Shown here in pieces: positions 1-13,177 of a DNA stretch of 64,000 bases (the first letter of the stretch is position 1; every line of letters begins with the position of its first letter). The stretch lies in the NCBI GenBank assembly GCA_951406725.2, contig OX597835.1, forward strand, positions 36,828,001 through 36,892,000. The letters are read 5' to 3'. Position numbers and translations under genes: made by a program. The notes under the pieces were generated by a model that worked only from the letters and a program-made list of their open reading frames with translations, was not told the origin of the DNA and made no database searches. Source of the stretch: Octopus vulgaris. Its lineage: Eukaryota.

Positions 1-84
1 TGAAATGTTTTTTATAAAATTATTTTAGCATTTTCTATCTTGACTTGTTTTTTCATATATATCAACTCGTGTGTCCCTTTTCAT

Positions 85-127
<43 letters not shown>

Positions 128-525
128 TTAGCACATCCAACTTAACCTGGATGTAGTTGTTTGTAATGCTATAGGCTGTGGTGATGGTCCTGGAAAATCG
201 TTTCCTGGAGATAACAAATGGTCTAAAGCAAAATTCTATACTGGTTGATTAGATCTAGTCAGTGCCAGCAGATGGCACTACAGTATTGCATGATTTCACC
301 ATGGTACAGTAATGTCATCTGCTGGCACTGATATAGAATTTCAATGTTTTCTAGCATTTTGACATCTGCACGAAATGATTTTTTAGGACATTCACTGCAG
401 CCTACAGTATTACAAAGAACACATCTAAGTCATGTTTGATGTGCAGTTTAAGGTTTGATGCAAAGGTTGCCAATAGCCACTATGTGTGTGTGTGTGCATG
501 CATATGTGTGTATACATATATTATT

Positions 526-921
526 TACTCTTTACTCTTTTACTTGTTTCAGTCATTTGACTGTGGCCATGCTGGAGCACTGCCTTTAATCGAGCAACTC
601 CACCCCAGGACTTATTCTTTTGTAAGCCCAGTACTTATTCTATCGGCCTCTTTTGCCGAACTGCTAAGTAACGAGGACATAAACACACCAGCATCGGTTG
701 TCAAGCAATGCAAGGGAACAAACACAGACACACAAACACACACACGCATATATATATACATATATAGAACAGGCTTCTTTGAGTTTCCGTCTACCAAATC
801 CACTCACAAGGCTTTGGTCGGCCCGAGGCTATAGTAGAAGACACTTGCCCAAAGTGCCATGCAGTGGGACTGAACCCGGAACCATGTGGTTTGTAGACAA
901 GCTACTTACCACTCAGCCACT
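526..921 (-). mobile_element. tRNA-derived SINE, family A (internal TA/TG microsatellite, (AAAGAGT)n tail)
   Basis: Minus-strand head with A-box/B-box-like motifs (TGGCTG.GTGG...GGTTCAGTCCC); same body recurs more than 10 times in the window. Confidence 0.85.
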
Positions 922-1094
922 CATTATTATTATTTTTTTTTTTCCCTTTTTCTTCAAATTTTCTTCCATTTCTTACCAAGTGTTTTACCATACACCTAGG
1001 GCAGAGAAGCTCATTGTATGCATTCCCAGATTACACACACAAATTCACAGGTAAAATATGTATTTAAAAAAAAATTAATTAATAAATAAATTCA

Positions 1095-1693
1095 TAAATG
1101 GATATTGTTTTCACAGCAAGAATGCTTTTCTCCGTACATGAGCCGTTCCAGTTAACATGATTTTTTGCACTTCCTGTAGGGATGGTAAGCCTGGGATCAT
1201 TTTCAAATAGGTTTCAGTACCTTTTATTTATCATTCCTAGAGATCCTACAATCACTGGTACTGTAGTCGCCTTGAGATGCCACATTTTCTCAATTTCTAT
1301 TAGCAAATCTTTATATTTACTAATCTTGTCAAATTCTTTCGCCGCTATATTGTGATCACAGGGAATACTCATGTCAATTAATAAACACACCTTTTCTGTC
1401 TGATCTTTTATAATAATATCCGGTTTATTAGCTTTTATAGTTTTGTCGGTATGTACGGAGAAGTCCCAGAGAATCGACACATTTTTCCCTCAGTCATAGC
1501 TTCGTGATGGTGTTTATACCATTTGTTAGTGGTTTTGATTTTATAATGCCAACATATTGTCCAATGTAAATACTGGCCGACTCTGTCATGTCTTGCTTTA
1601 TATTCTGCAGGTGCTAAGACTCTACACCCTGAGATTAGGTGGTCTATAGTTTTAATCCCATCGTTACAGAATCGGCATTTTGAGTCGGCTCCA

Positions 1694-1695
<2 letters not shown>
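1095..1695 (-). pseudogene. R4/Dong-like non-LTR retrotransposon 3' fragment (CCHC knuckle + restriction-like endonuclease), decayed
   Basis: ORF 1214-1480 has KPDIII..LIDMSIP..K..KY.DL motifs, paralogous to the ORF at 1963-3105. Confidence 0.85.
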
Positions 1696-1742
<47 letters not shown>

Positions 1743-1743
<1 letters not shown>

Positions 1744-3708
1744 TATGTTTGACTTTTGCTTTATATTTGTACAAGTTGGCTCCAAGTCTCACCCAGAGAC
1801 CTCAAGAGACAACAGGGTTGGAAGTTCATGTTGTTGTTATGCCTAGTGTGCCATATATTTGGGGGTGGGGATGTTGTACTAATGAATGTCTAAAAAAAAA
1901 AAAAGTTTTTTTTTTTTTTTTTTTTTTAAACCGAAAATTATGGTTTGTTTTAAACCTTGAGATTACATAGAGAGTATTTTGCGTAGGATATGAGCAGTTC
2001 CCATGAGCACTATCTTTTGAACTTCTGCCATTTTTGGGTTTCCTGGTATCTGAGTTAGGTAGCTATCAGCCCCTTTTGCTATCATTCCCAGGGCACCTAT
2101 GACAACAGGTATTGTTTTAGTCTTCAGCTTCCACATTTTGCTGATTTCTATTTCAAGATCTTTATATTTGCTCAGTTTTTGGTAGGTCTTGACAGATACG
2201 TTTATATCGATTGGGACAGTCATATCAATGAGGAGGCATGTTCTTTGTTTGAAGTCTTTCAATATGATGTCTGGCCTATTTGCATCTATCTTCCTGTCAG
2301 TTTGAATGGTGAAGTTCCAGAGGAGTGAGATGTGGTCATTTTCAAGCACTGGAGGTGGATTGTGTTCCCACCAGTTTTTTTCATGGGGCAAATCCAGGTT
2401 TTTACAGATTACCCAGTGAATATATTGTGCAGCTCTATCGTGCCTGTTGAGATACTCTGTAGGCGCTAGAAGACTGCACTTGGAGACCACATGGTCAATG
2501 GTTTCATTTTGTTGCTTGCATACACGACACGTTGGGCTACTGATCTTTAATATGTTGGCCTGGTAGTTTCTTGTTGGTAGGCATTGATCTTGAGCTGCTA
2601 TGATAAACCCCTCTGTTTCAGATTTTAAGCCAGAGGCCATTAGCCATTGATGGGTCAGGGCTTTGTCGATATCTGCATTATTCGCTCTCTTTGGGTATTT
2701 GCCATAGAGAGGTTTTTCTTGCCATTTATTATTCAGAATATCTAAGGCCGCAGTTTTGGCACGGGTTTTCATGCGCCTAGCTTTTTCTGTGCTTGTTTCT
2801 TGTATGTCTATCTCTAATTCCGAAATTGGTTGTATTCGGAATTCACTTAGATATTCCTTTGCCTGTTTTGTGACTGAGTATGATGCTTTCTTGTTTTCAT
2901 GTTTTGAGACAAGTTTTAACATCCAGTCCTCAGAGTTTTTCAGGTAGGTGTCTAGGCCAATTGTAGCAATCTTCATTGTTATTGCCAGTTGCAAAAGACC
3001 ACGGCCTCCCTCTTTTCTTGGCAGATAGAGTCGTTCTGTATCTGCCTTAGGGTGGTGCATTCTATGCATTGTCAACAGTTTCTTATTTTTCTGTCGAGCT
3101 GACATATTTCAGTAATTGACCAGTTAACAATATTGAAACTGTAAGTCACGACTGGTATAGCTAATGCATTGATTGCTTCGATCCTGTTTCTTGCATTCAG
3201 CTCTGTCTTGAGTATTGCTCTCACTCTTCGATAGCATTCTCTCCTGATCCTTTCCTTCATCTCTGAATGCCTTATTCCGTTCCCTTCAATTACCCCTAGG
3301 TACTTGTAGCTCTCCGCTGGGTCTAGTTCTTTTATGACATTCTGTTGGTCAAGGTTAACGTTAGATGTTTCTGTCATTTTTCCTTTGATAAAGGTAGCCT
3401 TTGCACATTTATCGAGGCCGAATTGCATTCTGATGTCGTCACTGAATTGTTTGACTATCGCTAGTAAGCCCTTGAGTTGTTGATCATTTTTTGCAAAAAG
3501 CTTTAAATCATCCATGTAAACGAGATGATTTATATTTTTATCAAACATTTTATACCCGTACTGCGCGTCATTGAGCAGCTTTGAGAGAGGTATTAAGGAT
3601 AAACAAAAGAGGAGTGGTGACAGTGAGTCACCCTGGAAAATGCCACACGAAATTTTTACATCACCAGCATTTAGGGATTCACTGTCACTGTTCATAGTTA
3701 GTGTGGTT
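1743..3708 (-). mobile_element. 5'-truncated R4/Dong-like non-LTR retrotransposon (RT + CCHC + RLE endonuclease) with 3' UTR, inserted in (TTA)n
   Basis: ORF 3072-3695 has GIFQGDSLSP and YMDD; a frameshift leads to ORF 1963-3105 with CRVC..ETIDHVVSKC, RHD and RPDII..IDMTVP; (TTA)n arrays on both sides (about 1704-1742 and 3712-3763). Confidence 0.92.
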
Positions 3709-3711
3709 CTC

Positions 3712-3743
<32 letters not shown>

Positions 3744-3764
3744 GTTATTATTATTATTATTATG

Positions 3765-3900
3765 AAGACAGCAAGCTGGCAGATTACTTAGTGGTGTTTC
3801 ATCCCTCTTTATGTTCTGAGTTCAAATACTGTCAAGGTTGACTTCGCCTTTCATCCTTTCTGGGTCAATAAATTAAGTACTAGTGAAACACTGGGGTTGA
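3765..3900 (+). mobile_element. SINE family C fragment (Nin-domain-like core)
   Basis: GTTGACTTCGCCTTTCATCCTTTC..GGTCAATAAATTAAGTAC core shared with copies at 21146, 36168 and 57172. Confidence 0.7.
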
Positions 3901-4420
3901 TGTATTCAACAACTAGTCCCATTCCCCAAAAGGTCAGGCCTTCTTCTTCTTCAAATGATGGTGGCGGCAGTCTCATTTGTAGGAAGGCTTTGGTCAGCCC
4001 GAGGCTTTAGTAGAAGACACTTGCCCAAGGTGCCACGCAGTGGGGCTGAACCCGGAACCATGTGGTTTGTAAGCAAGCTACTTACCACACAGCCACTCCT
4101 ATGCCTATATTTAAGATTAATTGAAAGAAACACTGAGCATCTCAACAGAAATGTGATAACAAAAGGGTTAATATCCATTGTCTGTGCTGGCATGGTTGGA
4201 CAGTTTGACCAGAGCTAGCAAACCAGGGAGCTGCACCAAGTTCCAGTCTGATTTCGCATAGTTTCTAAGGCTTGATGCCTTTCCTAAAGCCAACCACTTC
4301 ACATAATGTGCTGGGTGCTTTTGCATGGAACCACACAAGCGCTTTTCTGTGGTGCCAAGCAGGGGCTTTTACATGGCACTGCGCACACACGCACACATAT
4401 ATCATCATCAGCAGCAGCAG

Positions 4421-4760
4421 TGGAGGCGCAATGGCCCAGTGGTTAGGGCAGCGGACTCACGATCAGAGGATCGCGGTTTCGATTCCCAGACCGGGCGTTG
4501 TGAGTGTTTATTGAGCGAAAACACCTAAAAGCTCCACGATGCTCCGGCAGGGGGTAGTGGCGACCCCTGTTGTACTCTTTCGCTCCAACTTTCTCTCTCA
4601 CTCTTTCTTTCTATTTCTTGTCCCCAACTTCCTACGCAATCGCTGAGCCTGGATGCGCATTCATCCATCCGTCGATGCTCTCGGTGTCGGGGGTTGACCT
4701 GCTTTCTCTTCTGCGGGTCTTACAAATAGCAAAGGACCATGTTTCGGACTGCTCAACATC
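4421..4760 (+). mobile_element. tRNA-derived SINE, family B
   Basis: GGAGGCGCAATGGCCCAGTGGTTAGGGCAGCGGAC...GGTTTCGATTCCC head; homologues at 27364, 54665 and 57603. Confidence 0.85.
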
Positions 4761-5777
4761 AGCATTTAACATCTGTTTTCCATGCTGAGCTAGCAAGGCC
4801 AGGGGCCACACCAGGCTCCTTTGTTCTGGCATGGTTTCTATGGCTGGATGCCCTTGCTAATTCAAACCACTATAGTGTACCGGGTGATTTTTATGTGGCA
4901 CCAGTACTGGTATAAATTCTGCTGTGGTGCACGGGCCTTCTCGTGTATAGCAATGTGCCAAATATCTCGGCCCTTAGTCATTATATGTGTGTGTGTGTAT
5001 CTATATGTGTATACTTGATTGCGTGTACTCTTGTGTAGACATCACATGATGGCTGTAAATGAGCATCACCGTCATACAAGCAGTGTTGTCCATTTCTGTT
5101 TCTTCCATGGAGAACATCTTAGCATTACCTTGCTTGGAAACAGTTGAAGGTTGGGAGCAGGAAGAGCATCTGGCTATAGAAAATCTGTCTCAGCAAATTC
5201 TGTCTGGCCTTGTGAACACGAAAAAGTGGACATTAATTGGTGATCATGATGATGGTGGTGGTGGTGGTGGTGGTGGTGAAAGATGCATTGAACAGTGTTG
5301 TCCTTGGTAAACAACTAATATGAAATGGTCATAGCTCAAACACTTCCGTTCATACGGACAGAAACTGACCAGAGACTAGGCAATAACGATAACAACAACA
5401 ACAACAACAACAGCAACAATTTGTCAGATGTTTAATTTTCAAAGTGCGCTGGAAACATTCCAGTGACCAAATATGTGATTGGAATCATTTGAAAGAATCT
5501 CGTTGCTCAAGTCTCCAGTGGGACCTAATCAAAATAAAAACAGGAACGCAGTAATTTCAGCACATGATTTTAAATTGACTGTGTGATTTAATCAATTGTG
5601 ACACCTCGCTCTAAAGTGTTAGACCATGTGTCTGTCTTAGATACTACACACACACACAAACACACACACACACACTCACACATTATTTGTTTCTATGTTC
5701 AGTTATAATGACAACAATTTTAGATTAATCTGAAGGGTGACTCAGTTCTTCTGTAGAGTACAAATTTATTATTCTTT

Positions 5778-5894
5778 AACAAGGATACTATTGACAGTAA
5801 TTTCGAAGTTTTGACCAGCTAAGCTGTCATCAGACTGTCCGATGATAGCTTTACTGGCCAAAATTTTGGAGGCACTGTCAATAATTTCCTTGTT
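5778..5894. repeat. Imperfect palindrome of two head-to-head degenerate hammerhead-bearing fragments
   Basis: AACAAGGA.A.TATTGACAGT...ACTGTCAATAATTTCCTTGTT arms; the minus arm reads GACAGT-CTGATGA...ACTGTC. Confidence 0.6.
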
Positions 5895-6596
5895 TAACCC
5901 TTTCGTTACTCTATTTATTTTGGGATGCTCTGTGTTTCTTTCAATTACTTTAAATATAACAAAGTATTTAGTAACATAACTTAGTTATGTGTGGTAAGTA
6001 GCTTGCTTACCAACCACATGGTTCCGGGTTCAGTCCCACTATAGCCTCAGGCCGACCAAAGCCTTGTGAGTGGATTTGGGTGTTTGTGTTTGTCCCCCTA
6101 GCATTGCTTGACAACCGATGCTGGTGTGTTTATGTCCCCGTTACTTAGCGGTTCGGCAAAAGAGACCGATAGAATTGTACTGGGCTTACAGAAGAATAAG
6201 TCCCGGGGTCGAGTTGCTTGATTAAAGGTGGTGCTCCAGCATGGCCGCAGTCAAATGACTGAAACAAGTAAAAGAGAGTAAAGAGAAAGAGTATCATTAA
6301 GCTAGTATTAGGAACATAAATTGTGACTTAGGTTTCGTGGAAGATTCTAATTCAAAACTTATGAAAACAAGACATTTATACTACAGAGTCAGAGGCGGTT
6401 TCAGCCAGGTTGGTATCAAAAGGGTTAAATATAACAAAGAATTTAGTAAAATAACCTAGTTGTCAATCAGCTAGTATTAGGAACATAAATTGTGACTAAG
6501 GTTTGGTAGAAAATTTTAATTCAGAACTTATGAAAGCAAGACATTTGTACTCAGAGCCTGAGCCAGTTTCAGCCGGGTTGGTAATGAAAGGGTTAA
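5894..6596. mobile_element. piggyBac-like MITE (TTAA-CCCTTT ends) interrupted by a family-A SINE (about 5990-6292), with a duplicated right part
   Basis: TTAACCCTTTCGTTAC at left; AAAGGGTTAA at about 6427 and 6596; the right part is repeated in tandem (period about 170 bp). Confidence 0.6.
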
Positions 6597-6811
6597 GAAT
6601 AATATATTTAGGCGTGGCTGTGTGATAAGAAGCTTGCTTCCCAATCACATGGTTCCAGGTTCAGTCTCACTGCATGGTACCTTGGGCAAGTGTCTTCTCC
6701 TATAGCCTCAGACTGACCAAAGCCTTGTGAGTGGATTTGGTAGATGGAAACTGAAAGAAGCCCATCATACATACATACATATATATATATGCGTGTGTGT
6801 ATGTGTGTGTG

Positions 6812-6897
<86 letters not shown>

Positions 6898-6950
6898 TAC
6901 ATATAAGTAAATAAATGGAGTTGAACGCAGATGCTATTCAAATTCTTTTA

Positions 6951-7033
6951 CTTTCGACATATGTTTCGAAGACAACATTGGTTTTATTCCAAAGGAATAT
7001 ACCGTGTAAAATGCAATCATCTCATCAGGAAAG
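6951..7033 (-). ncRNA. Type I hammerhead ribozyme in a PLE pseudo-LTR fragment
   Basis: Minus strand: CTTTC-CTGATGA-(long imperfect stem II)-GAAA-C-ATAT-G-TC-GAAAG; homologous to the 3' end of the PLE at 15951-16091. Confidence 0.8.
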
Positions 7034-7235
7034 AAAGAGAACCTATCTCAACAACAAGATATTATAACAACTTTGATGACTGCATAAATGATAAACAGAA
7101 CACTATTAGGTATTTTAAAAAATAGTTAGTGGATTCGACATCAAAGGCTGACACTTGGAAGAGAAGGGGTAAAGAAATAACACACACTCGTACATATGTA
7201 TGTGTGTGTGTGTATATATATATATACATATATAT

Positions 7236-8355
7236 TGTTACGAGGGGACCTCCGTCGAACTGTTACGGAATCCCTCACACAGGCCCGTTCGATGCAACGA
7301 ATGTTTTCGCCACGGAAACTCGGAGAGGAGAGGAGAGATACAACAACAGCAACAGCAGCAGCAGCACAGAGGCAACCGAGAGAGGCACAAAGAGGCAAGG
7401 CAACTGGCTTACATTTAACAACTAGTTTATATGACAATCAATTGTTACAACATCAATTACATATCAAGATACATTTAAAAGAGGACCTGCAAGTAACAAC
7501 TCAATACATCATACAGGTATACCACAGATCAAAGCATTTAACAACATGCAGATACAATATAACCGTCCGGTAACAACACATCAAGTTCAATAACAACGGC
7601 AATTAAAGAAAACACATGCAAGAAACAGGTATACAATGTTCATGTCACAAATAATTCACGTTACAAATCAATGTTCAAATCCAATTAAACAAATAACGTT
7701 CACAGTTCTTTAAAGTCTTTTTCTACTTTCTTTTGTAACATGTATCAACACAATTCCGAACATAAATACCACAACTCGATAATCGACACATCAACAAGTC
7801 CTTTACTCAATTCACATTGTTCATTAAATTCCTTTTTGCTGTCTCATTTCTTTTCAACATTTCGATACATCGATTCCTTTTCCTTCTTTTTCTTCACATA
7901 TCAATACACAATTCACGTACCTTACATTAGCCAACGCCTCATATTGCACCTCATCTCTCTCAGTACTGCTAGCTCCAACTTGCCAAACTCTTGCCCCAAA
8001 TTCCCAAATCTTCGCTCCTAAAATTCCAACTGCTCGCTTTGACTTCCAAAGACCGACTGTCCAAAACCTCTTGCTCTCTCACTACCCTCAATCTGTCCCA
8101 GCACTGCTAATACTCTCTCTATCTGCTCTCAGCCCTATCTGCCTATCTTCATCGACGATGTTGCTGTCACTCTCTCACGACAGCTCTCAGATCCCTTAAT
8201 CTGTCTTCCTCTTTCACATTCTCTCTGACCACAAGGCCAAAGGTCCTTCCAAAAGCCATTACTCTTCCGTAAACAAAGGACTATAATTTTGTACTGTAGA
8301 CTTCCAGGCTCCACTCTCAACGAAGTAGGTCAAGAAATACTGTACCAGCCGAACC

Positions 8356-8361
<6 letters not shown>
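7236..8361. mobile_element. Probable solo LTR (about 1.13 kb)
   Basis: TGTT...AACA termini, ATAT on both sides within (TA)n, no coding capacity. Confidence 0.65.
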
Positions 8362-8392
<31 letters not shown>

Positions 8393-8496
8393 TCATCAAA
8401 GCAACCATATCAGAGAAATGATGCACTCATATATCTATCAGTAGAGTAGGTATATTAATAAAGAGCAGTTGCCTTATTTCCTTCCATATCGGCTAA

Positions 8497-8577
8497 CTCT
8501 GATGAGTGTAAAGTTATATACTCGGATTGTTACCTAACACTCCATTGTATCCTTTATGCAAAACTGATTGGTAAGAT
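8497..8577 (+). ncRNA. Degenerate hammerhead ribozyme (GAAA mutated to AAAA)
   Basis: TCT-CTGATGA-GTGTAAAG...CTTTATGC-AAAA-CTGATTGGTA-AGA. Confidence 0.5.
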
Positions 8578-8939
8578 CAGCCAAGATGGATATTTAATGT
8601 TATACATGTCAGATTATATATGTGTATGCATGCATGTATGTATGTATATATGTATGTATGTATGTATGTATGAATATATGTATGAATATATGTATGTATA
8701 AATGCATGCATGCATAAATGTATGTATGTATGTATTTGTGTATGTATGTATGTATGTATGTATTTGTGTGTTTGTGTCTTTTTGTCTTTCACCACCATTG
8801 CTTGACAACCAATGTTGGTGTGTTTATGTCCCTGCAACTTAGCAGATCCACAAAAGAGACCGCTAGAATAAGTATTAGGCTTACAAAGAATAAGTCCTTG
8901 GGCTGATTTGTTTGACTAAAATCCCTTAAGGAGCACCAC

Positions 8940-9200
8940 CTTAATTTCTCTGTGTATATGTTGATATGGGTAATTCCTGTTGTGTTCACAGAAATGGTCA
9001 AGAATTTTGTTCTTACCTTTTGATGGGGGTGTAGTTACTGTTAGTTCTGGCTAACAATTCTTTCTCATATTTGTCATATAGTTCCTTGGCAAGCCGTAAT
9101 TTTCTACAGAATTCCACATCTTTCATTTCGTTGTAGTTGGGACGTGTGGTGATGATGGGGTGAGGGATTTGAGCCCTTTGGAGAGTATGTTGATTTGGTC
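8940..9200 (-). pseudogene. Penelope-like element N-terminal coding remnant
   Basis: Translations ILSKGLK... and ...NYNEMKDVEFCRKLRL...LARTNSNYTP resemble the conserved PLE N-terminal LSKGLKF.P / EFCRKLRL region. Confidence 0.6.
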
Positions 9201-9358
9201 TGGTTTTAGGAAGGGCATTGAGCCATAAAAACCCTACCAAAACAGACACACTGGTCTGGTGCAGGCTTCCGCCTGGCCGGCTCCTGTCAAACCATCCCAC
9301 CTATGCCAGCATGGAAGGTGGACATCAAATGATGATGATGATAATATATGTGTGTATA

Positions 9359-9410
<52 letters not shown>

Positions 9411-9411
9411 A

Positions 9412-9451
<40 letters not shown>

Positions 9452-9512
9452 ATATATATATATATATGTGTGTATATATATATATATGTGTGTATATATA
9501 TATATATGTGTG

Positions 9513-9543
<31 letters not shown>

Positions 9544-9669
9544 GTATATATATATGTATATATATATATATGTATATATATATACATATATATATGTATG
9601 TATATATGTGTGTATATATATATATGTATATATATGTGTATATATATATATGTATATATATATATGTAT

Positions 9670-11020
9670 ATCTCTCTCTCTTCCTCCGTCTGTCTTGATA
9701 GACAATGGGTCACGCCATGGGTGGGGCCTACTTTGATGATGAGCAGCGTCTGCTGTGACTGAACAGTCCAATTCTAGAGTGGCAGTCCCTGGTACAGTTG
9801 CTGCACACGAACATCGATGGGTACGTGTGGGGTGTTGCTGCAGTTGTCCTCCTCCTGTCCCGCCTGTCCGACCACAGCTGTGCAATCCTTTCCTCAGCCA
9901 TGGAAACGCCTTTCCTCACTGTCCGACACCAGGCAGAGCGGTCAGCAGCTGTTACCTCCCACGTGTCCACACAGATGTTGGCAGTCCTCAGGTCGCGCTT
10001 GCACACATCCCTGTATCGTAGCTGTGGACGTCCCTTGGGTCGGGATCCCGTGGTGAGTTCGCTGTACAGGATGTCTTTAGGCATGCGACCGTCCTGCATG
10101 CGGCAGACGTGTCCGAGCCAGCGCAGTCGTCTCCGCACGAGGAGGGCATGCATGCTTGGCATATTAGTCTGTTCTAGGATGACTCCGTTTGGTACTCGGT
10201 CCTTCCAGGAGATGCCAAGGATCCGTCGAAGACACTGCATGTGGAAGCCGCTGAGGCGGCATTCTTGCCAGGTATATGTTGTCCAGCTCTCGCTGCTGTA
10301 GAGTAGGGTGCTCAGCACGCAGGCTCGGTACACTGCGATCTTGGTGGTTATTGTGAGCATGTTGTATTCCCACACTCTCCTGGAGAGCTTAGCCATGGCA
10401 GCAGCAGCCTTCCCAATCCGTCTGTTCAGCTCCGGCTCGAGGGACAGGCTGCTGGAGACCGTCGATCCCAGGTAAGTGAACTCGTTCACCACCTGCAAGC
10501 TGTGGTCGCCGACACTGATGCTGGGGACCCCTCCGACGTCCTGGCCCATGATCTCTGTCTTTTTCAGGCCGATGGTAAGGCCGAACTCTTGCCAGGGAGC
10601 TGACCAGCCTCTGGAGACCCAGCTGGTTGTGTGATGTTAGGGCGGCATCGTCAGCAAAGAGGATCTCTCTGATCAGCACCTGATGGACTTTGGTCTTAGT
10701 TCTGAGGCGCGCAAGATTGAACAATCCACCATCATCCCTGGTGTGGAGGAACACTCCGTTGTCGGACGTTCTGAAGGCATAGGACAGGACAAGGGAGAAG
10801 AAAATTCCGAAGAGCGTCGGCGCCAGAACGCAACCCTGTTTCACTCCACTCTGGATGGGGAATGACTCCGAGGGCGATCCGTCAAACTGCACTGTTCCCT
10901 GCATACCGTCGTGAAAAGAGGTGATGAGTTTCAGCAGTCTGGGAGGGCAACCTATCCTACCCAGGAGCGCAAACAGCCCCTCCCTGCTGACTGAGTCGAA
11001 CGCCTTAAGGCGTTCGACTC
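9670..11020 (-). mobile_element. 5'-truncated RTE (BovB-like) LINE, RT C-terminal half, inserted in (TA)n
   Basis: [25 protein letters not shown]; a frameshift leads to ORF 9728-10549 (FTYLGS, RRLRWLGHVCRM, C-terminal CxxC..H..C). Visibly more GC-rich than the flanks. Confidence 0.92.
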
Positions 11021-11021
11021 G

Positions 11022-11142
11022 ATATATATATATATATATGTATGTATATATGTATGTATATATATATATATGTATATATATATGTATGTATATATATGTA
11101 TATATATATGTATATATATATGTATATATATATATGTATATA

Positions 11143-11195
<53 letters not shown>

Positions 11196-11498
11196 ATATA
11201 TATGTATATATATATATGTATATATATATATGTATATATATATGTATATATATATGTATATATGTATATGTATATATGTATATATATGTATATATGTATA
11301 TATAGATATGTATATATGTATATATATATATGTATATATATATGTATATATATATGTATATATATATATGTATATATGTATATGTATATATGTATATATA
11401 TGTATATATGTATCTATAGATATGTATATATGTATATATATATATGTATATATATATATGTATATATATATATGTATATATATATGTATATATATATG

Positions 11499-11529
<31 letters not shown>

Positions 11530-11531
11530 GT

Positions 11532-11565
<34 letters not shown>

Positions 11566-11676
11566 GTGTATATATATATATATATATATGTATGTATATA
11601 TATATATGTGTATATATATATATATATATGTGTATGTATATATATATATGTATGTATATATATATATATATGTATG

Positions 11677-11753
<77 letters not shown>

Positions 11754-11794
11754 GTATGTATATATATATGTATGTATATATATATATATGTATG

Positions 11795-11829
<35 letters not shown>

Positions 11830-11871
11830 GTATGTATATATATATATGTATATATATATATATGTATGTAT

Positions 11872-11905
<34 letters not shown>

Positions 11906-12136
11906 GTATATATATATATGTATGTATATATATATATATATATGTATGTATATATATATATATGTATGTATATATATATATATATGTATGTATATATATA
12001 TATGTATGTATATATATATATATGTATGTATATATATATATATATGTATGTATATATATATGTATGTATATATATATGTATGTATATATATATATATATG
12101 TATGTATATATATATGTATGTATATATATATGTATG

Positions 12137-12183
<47 letters not shown>

Positions 12184-12198
12184 ATATATATATGTATG

Positions 12199-12229
<31 letters not shown>

Positions 12230-12356
12230 GTATATATATATATGTATGTATATATATATATGTATGTATATATATATATATATGTATGTATATATATATA
12301 TGTATGTATATATATATATGTATGTATATATATATATGTATATATATATATGTATG

Positions 12357-12391
<35 letters not shown>

Positions 12392-12414
12392 GTATTATAT
12401 ATATATATATATAT
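11022..12414. repeat. About 1.4-kb compound (TA)n/(TATG) microsatellite
   Basis: Direct reading. Confidence 0.98.
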
Positions 12415-13177
12415 GCACACACACATGCACACACACATGCACACAATTACATATGTGTATGAATGTATACATGAGCACATGTATGGATATATGTGTGTAG
12501 AAATATATATGTCTGTATGTGTATGCAAATTTTTGGACTGAATTTTATATCTTCTCACAATCTCTTTCTGTTTAGCAGTCAAACTATGTGAAAAATAGAG
12601 TTTTCACATAACCCTTCCGTTTAAATTTTTCATCATGCATTTCGGAAAGAACTGTGTTTCCCTCTCTATAAAGAGATAAATCTCTGATTCAAAGTCAGTT
12701 TGATAAGTAAGCTACAAGAATGCTATTTTGGACTAATGTTGCTTCTGTTGCTAATACACGAATTTTTAATCCAACCTGCCAGGTAACTATAGCATCAGTA
12801 ATTTGTTATCACTGTGTTTCTATATCAGTAAAGGGTAAATTTGTCTTGGCATACAGTTGCTAGTAGATGCTTGCTATTGATGATGCTCAAAAATACAGAA
12901 ATACGTATTTAGCAATTCTACCACAGCCACTGCTGAAAATATTTCTATCTTTTTAACACTTGCTTCGCAACCACATGGTTCCAGGTTATATATATATATA
13001 GGCGCAGGAGTGGCTATGTGGCAAGTAGCTTGCTTGCCAACAACATGGTTCTGGGTTCAGTCCCACTGCATGGTACCTTGGGCAAGTGTCTTTTGCTATA
13101 GCCTCGGGCCGACCAAAGCCTTGTGAGTGGATTTGGTAGACAGCAACTCAAAGAAGCCCATCGTATATATATATATA

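Larger units (their letters stand above)
6609..8940 (+). mobile_element. Family-A SINE split by nested insertions into its internal (TA)n (head 6609-6770, tail about 8770-8940)
   Basis: Head and tail halves are collinear with intact copies and flank PLE fragments and a solo LTR. Confidence 0.7.

Noticed and set aside
4421-4495. tRNA-like sequences (also 27364, 54900, 57603 and family-A heads)
   Set aside because: They are SINE heads continuing into repeat bodies, without a complete acceptor stem.
9013-9300. Possible host exon ending in AAG|GTAAGA on the minus strand
   Set aside because: The translation matches a decayed PLE N-terminal region and continues past the apparent donor; no convincing acceptor.
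10389-12582. Long ORFs of 400-685 aa (also at 18329-19766 and 28753-30066)
   Set aside because: They are translations of stop-free (TA)n/(TG)n arrays; only the RT portion at about 10590-11005 is real and belongs to the RTE.
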